Shown here in pieces: positions 60,847 to 64,000 of a stretch of 64,000 nucleotides of DNA; position 1 is the stretch's first letter, and each line of letters opens with the position of its first letter. The position numbers were made by a program, and so were the translations under genes. The notes under the pieces were generated by a model. The model was not told the origin of the DNA, did not search any database, and saw nothing but the letters and a program-made list of their open reading frames with translations. Source of the DNA: Rhizobium sp. Q54 (lineage in GTDB: Bacteria; Pseudomonadota; Alphaproteobacteria; UBA2966; CAIVPW01); NCBI GenBank assembly GCA_945889645.1, contig CAMDCA010000001.1, positions 11,272-75,271 of the forward strand, in the 5' to 3' direction.

Positions 60847-61433
60847 CCAAGGGAGCCGGGTCCGTGCGGATTGCCGGTGGCGTGCATCGCGGCCGCCGCA
60901 TCGCCGTACCGGAGCACACCGACGTGCGCCCGACATCGGACAAGGTGCGCGCCGCGCTGTTCAACATCCTGGGCCACCGCGACTGGGACAACATTGGCCC
61001 GCTGCCGCGCGGCGCGCGTGTGCTCGACGCGTTTGCCGGAACCGGCGCCCTCGGCATCGAGGCATTGTCGCGCGGCGCCGCGGAGGTCCTGTTCCTGGAA
61101 CGCGACACCCGCGTGCGCAAGGCGCTGGAACGCACCCTGGAGACCCTGGACGAGGTGCACCGAGCCTACGTCGTGCCACGCGACGCGACCAAGCCGGGGA
61201 CGCGCCCCGGCGCGCGGCGCTTCGATCTGGTGATGGCCGACGCACTCTACGGTTCGGGCGCAGGGACAACGGCGCTGGCCGAATTCTTGCGCGAAGACTG
61301 GCTGGCACCGTACGCAGTCGCTGTCGTCGAGCTCGATGGCAAGGAGCCGTTCGTACCGCCGGGGGGGCTTACGCTGATCGAGGAGCGCGGCTATGGCAAC
61401 ACGCGCCTCGTGTTCCTGCAAGCCGGCGCCTAG
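60843..61433 (+). CDS. rsmD: 16S rRNA (guanine966-N2)-methyltransferase
   Basis: DFAGTGALGIEALSRGA motif. The ATG overlaps the rluB stop. Confidence 0.85.
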   Translation: MTKGAGSVRIAGGVHRGRRIAVPEHTDVRPTSDKVRAALFNILGHRDWDNIGPLPRGARVLDAFAGTGALGIEALSRGAAEVLFLERDTRVRKALERTLETLDEVHRAYVVPRDATKPGTRPGARRFDLVMADALYGSGAGTTALAEFLREDWLAPYAVAVVELDGKEPFVPPGGLTLIEERGYGNTRLVFLQAGA

Positions 61434-61441
61434 GCGCGCGC

Positions 61442-62410
61442 CTACCGGGGCTCGAAGGTGACGACCTTGTTGCTCACCGGAGCGACGGTGCGCAGGTAGT
61501 CGTAGATGGCGGCGAGGTCTTCGGGCGTCATCGACGCGTACGCCCACCACGGCATGAAGGTGTTGGGCTGCCCCGGCTCCACCCGCATCGTGCGATACTC
61601 GGCTTCGGTGCGCGACTTGAAGCGGGCGATGAACGCCTCTTTGGTCCAAGTGCCGATGCCGGTTGCGGTGTCCGGCGTGATGTTGGCCGGGCGCGCCAGG
61701 AACTTGCGCGGCATCAGCATGTCCTGGCCGCCACCGAACGCGGGGCCGGCCGGGTTGCCCTGGGCGTCGCGCTGGGTGTGGCACTCGGCACAGCCGGCGG
61801 CGGCCACCATGTAGCGGCCGTAGGCGACCGTGTCGCGCGGGTTGGGGCGGGTGTGGAACGTGGGGTCGGCCGGCGTCAGGCGGATCAGCAGGCTGACCGG
61901 AAAGTCGATCTCGGTGTCGGGCACCGCGCGCGTCACTTTTTGGATGACGCGCAGGTAGGCGACGACCGAGTAGATGTCCTCGCGATCGAGGGTGCCGTAG
62001 GTGTGGTACGGCATGACCGGGAACAGCACGCGGCCGTCGCGCGATACGCCCGCAGTGATGGCGCGCACGAATTCGCCGTCGGTCCAGTCCTCCATCACGC
62101 CGGGCGTGATGTTGCGCGACACGATGTTGCCGGGCAGGCCCATCTCGCGCGAGAACACCAGACCGCCGCCGAACTCTGCCGTGCGCACCGGCGGCATCGA
62201 GTAGATGTCTTCCTCGTGGCGCGAGTGGCAATCGACGCAGCCCATCACGGCGTTGGCGAGGTAGGTGCCGCGCTGCACGCGCTCGAGGGTGCGATCGACC
62301 TTGATCGTGCCGGGCTCAGAGACGCGCGGGAACACCAGGTACAGAGACGCGAAGGCGGCGCCCGCCAGCACGACGACGGCGCCCACGACGATTGCGATCC
62401 ACTTGCCCAC
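61442..62410 (-). CDS. membrane-anchored diheme c-type cytochrome
   Basis: GTG start preceded by GAGGGGGGA. N-terminal TM helix. Two CXXCH sites (CVDCHS, CAECHT). Confidence 0.75.
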   Translation of the reverse strand: MGKWIAIVVGAVVVLAGAAFASLYLVFPRVSEPGTIKVDRTLERVQRGTYLANAVMGCVDCHSRHEEDIYSMPPVRTAEFGGGLVFSREMGLPGNIVSRNITPGVMEDWTDGEFVRAITAGVSRDGRVLFPVMPYHTYGTLDREDIYSVVAYLRVIQKVTRAVPDTEIDFPVSLLIRLTPADPTFHTRPNPRDTVAYGRYMVAAAGCAECHTQRDAQGNPAGPAFGGGQDMLMPRKFLARPANITPDTATGIGTWTKEAFIARFKSRTEAEYRTMRVEPGQPNTFMPWWAYASMTPEDLAAIYDYLRTVAPVSNKVVTFEPR

Positions 62411-62433
62411 GATGTCTCCCCCCTCAAGCGGCA

Positions 62434-64000
62434 CTAGCGACGCCCGAACAGACGCTCGATGTCGGCGAGCTTTAGCTCGACGTACGTTGGCCGCCCGTGT
62501 CCACACTGCCCGGCGTGCGGAGTGGCCTCCATCTCGCGCAGCAGGGCGTTCATTTCGGACGGCGAGAGTACGCGACCGGCGCGCACGCTGGAATGGCACG
62601 CCATGGTGGCGCACACCTCCGACAGCCGGTCCTGCAGCGAAAGGGCCTGGTCGTAGCCGGCGAGGTCGTCGGCCAAATCGCGCACCAGGCCTTGGATATC
62701 GGATTCGCCCAACAAGGCTGGCATCTCGCGCACGATTACCGCGCCGTTGCCAAACGCCTCGATCACCAGGCCGAGCGCGGCCAGTTCATCGGCACGGGTC
62801 AGCAGGTGGTCGGCCTCGAACTGGCCAAGCTCGACGACCTCCGGCACCAACAGAAGCTGGCGGGCGACGCCAGACGCGGCCAGGGCCGCCTTGATGCGCT
62901 CGAACACCAAGCGCTCGTGGGCGGCGTGCTGGTCCACAATGACGACGCCGTCGGCCGTCTCGGCCACCACGTAGGTCGTGTGCAGCTGGGCGCGAGCCGC
63001 GCCGAGGGGGTACGCAGTGCCGGCCTGCACATTCGATTCGGCGCGCGCTGCGGGAGCGTCGTAGCCCGCCTGCGGGCCGGCCGACATTCCGCCAACGGGG
63101 CTGCCCGGCGCCTGGAAGCGCATGGCGTCGGCAAGGCGCGGCTGCGACAGGTGCGTCGGGCCATTGGGGTGAAAGAACCCCGGCGCGCGCGCGGCTTCGA
63201 CCGTTGCGATCCCGACCGACGACGAGGCGCGGTGCCCGGCTTCGGCCAGCGCATGGCGCAGGGCGCCGACGATCAGGCCGCGCACCAGGGCACCGTCGCG
63301 GAAGCGCACCTCGGCCTTGGTGGGATGCACGTTGACGTCCACCTCGGCGGGATCGATGTCGAGGAATAGGGCGACCATCGGGTGGCGGTCGCGCGCCAGC
63401 AGGTCCTGATAGGCGCCGCGCACGGCCCCCAGCAGTAGGCGGTCGCGCACCGGGCGGCCGTTGACGAACAGGTACTGCCACGTCGGGTTGGCGCGGTTGA
63501 GCGTCGGCAGAGCGGCAAAGCCGGTCAGCCGCACGCCGGGACGCTCGGCCTCGACGCGCAGCGCGTTCTCGGCGAAATCGCGCCCGAGGATGCGGCCGAG
63601 GCGCTCCAGGCGCCGCTCGTTGTCGTCGCCCAGCGTGGTAGGCAGCGACAGCACCGTGCGGTCCTCGTCCACCAGGGTGAAGGCGACCTCGGGGTGCGCC
63701 ATGGCGAGGCGGCGGATGGCGTCGGCGGCGTGGCCGGATTCAGTGCGCGGGATCTTGAGGAACTTGAGGCGCGCCGGGACCGGATAGAACAGGTCTTCCA
63801 CCTCGACGCGGGTGCCGGCCGGCTGTGCAGCGGGCACCGGCTGCCCGACTGCCCCCGCATCCACCGTCAGGGACCAGGCGTCCGCCGCACCGCGGGCGCG
63901 GCTTTGGATGCACATGCGGGCGACGGAGCCGATCGACGGCAACGCCTCGCCGCGGAAGCCGAGGGTGCGGATGTCCACCAGGTCGTCCTCCGGCAGCTTG
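62434..64000 (-). CDS. mutL: DNA mismatch repair protein MutL; the N-terminal end lies beyond the window
   Basis: GHKL ATPase motif [10 protein letters not shown] near the window edge and a C-terminal dimerisation domain. The frame is open to nt 64000. Confidence 0.9.
   Translation of the reverse strand, partial: KLPEDDLVDIRTLGFRGEALPSIGSVARMCIQSRARGAADAWSLTVDAGAVGQPVPAAQPAGTRVEVEDLFYPVPARLKFLKIPRTESGHAADAIRRLAMAHPEVAFTLVDEDRTVLSLPTTLGDDNERRLERLGRILGRDFAENALRVEAERPGVRLTGFAALPTLNRANPTWQYLFVNGRPVRDRLLLGAVRGAYQDLLARDRHPMVALFLDIDPAEVDVNVHPTKAEVRFRDGALVRGLIVGALRHALAEAGHRASSSVGIATVEAARAPGFFHPNGPTHLSQPRLADAMRFQAPGSPVGGMSAGPQAGYDAPAARAESNVQAGTAYPLGAARAQLHTTYVVAETADGVVIVDQHAAHERLVFERIKAALAASGVARQLLLVPEVVELGQFEADHLLTRADELAALGLVIEAFGNGAVIVREMPALLGESDIQGLVRDLADDLAGYDQALSLQDRLSEVCATMACHSSVRAGRVLSPSEMNALLREMEATPHAGQCGHGRPTYVELKLADIERLFGRR

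Overview
This window is a 64 kb chromosomal segment from a high-GC (about 68%) alphaproteobacterium. I read roughly 70 protein-coding genes and found no rRNA, tRNA, CRISPR array, transposase or integrase. Most of the content is conserved housekeeping: fabI (5' partial) and aroC; the dxs-ispA-xseB isoprenoid operon with tlyA and rlmD; a HDAC-like hydrolase; fadD with a divergent MaoC-like gene; tsaC/sua5; a FAD-linked oxidase; ispH-thrB-rnhA; a Prx5 peroxiredoxin paired with a DsbD-N-domain protein; YqgE; GNAT, M16 peptidase and thrC; the long-form dcd; an ABCB exporter and an M32 carboxypeptidase; a complete aa3-type cytochrome oxidase cluster (coxB-coxA-ctaB-coxF-ctaG-coxC-DUF983-SURF1) on the minus strand; tldD; a methyltransferase, a DEDD exonuclease and plant-type gshA; ubiA-ubiD-SDR; two tandem pmbA paralogs; an IMPase-family gene; msbA-DUF374-lpxK-lpxL; ArsR with a sorAB-like sulfite dehydrogenase; M23 peptidase, DUF2093 and xseA; purD; tadA; rluB-rsmD; a diheme cytochrome c; and the 3' part of mutL. 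The outlier is a low-GC, AT-rich islet at about 8.2-10.0 kb. It carries a full-length HipA-family Ser/Thr kinase toxin gene followed, rather than preceded, by an overlapping XRE-type HTH gene with an uncharacterised C-terminal domain. Two perfect ACGTATA-core inverted repeats and a sigma70-like promoter lie just upstream, and I consider this a candidate non-canonical reverse-order HipA toxin-antitoxin module. Other features worth a second look: a dispersed REP-like palindromic element (three copies, each in a 3' intergenic gap); a 24-bp perfect tandem duplication at the dxs 3' end; tlyA with no canonical start codon; a small coxF ORF hidden under a spurious antisense ORF; and a palindrome in the coxB/tldD divergent promoter region. 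High GC generates many long spurious antisense and overlapping ORFs in the six-frame track, and I ignored those.
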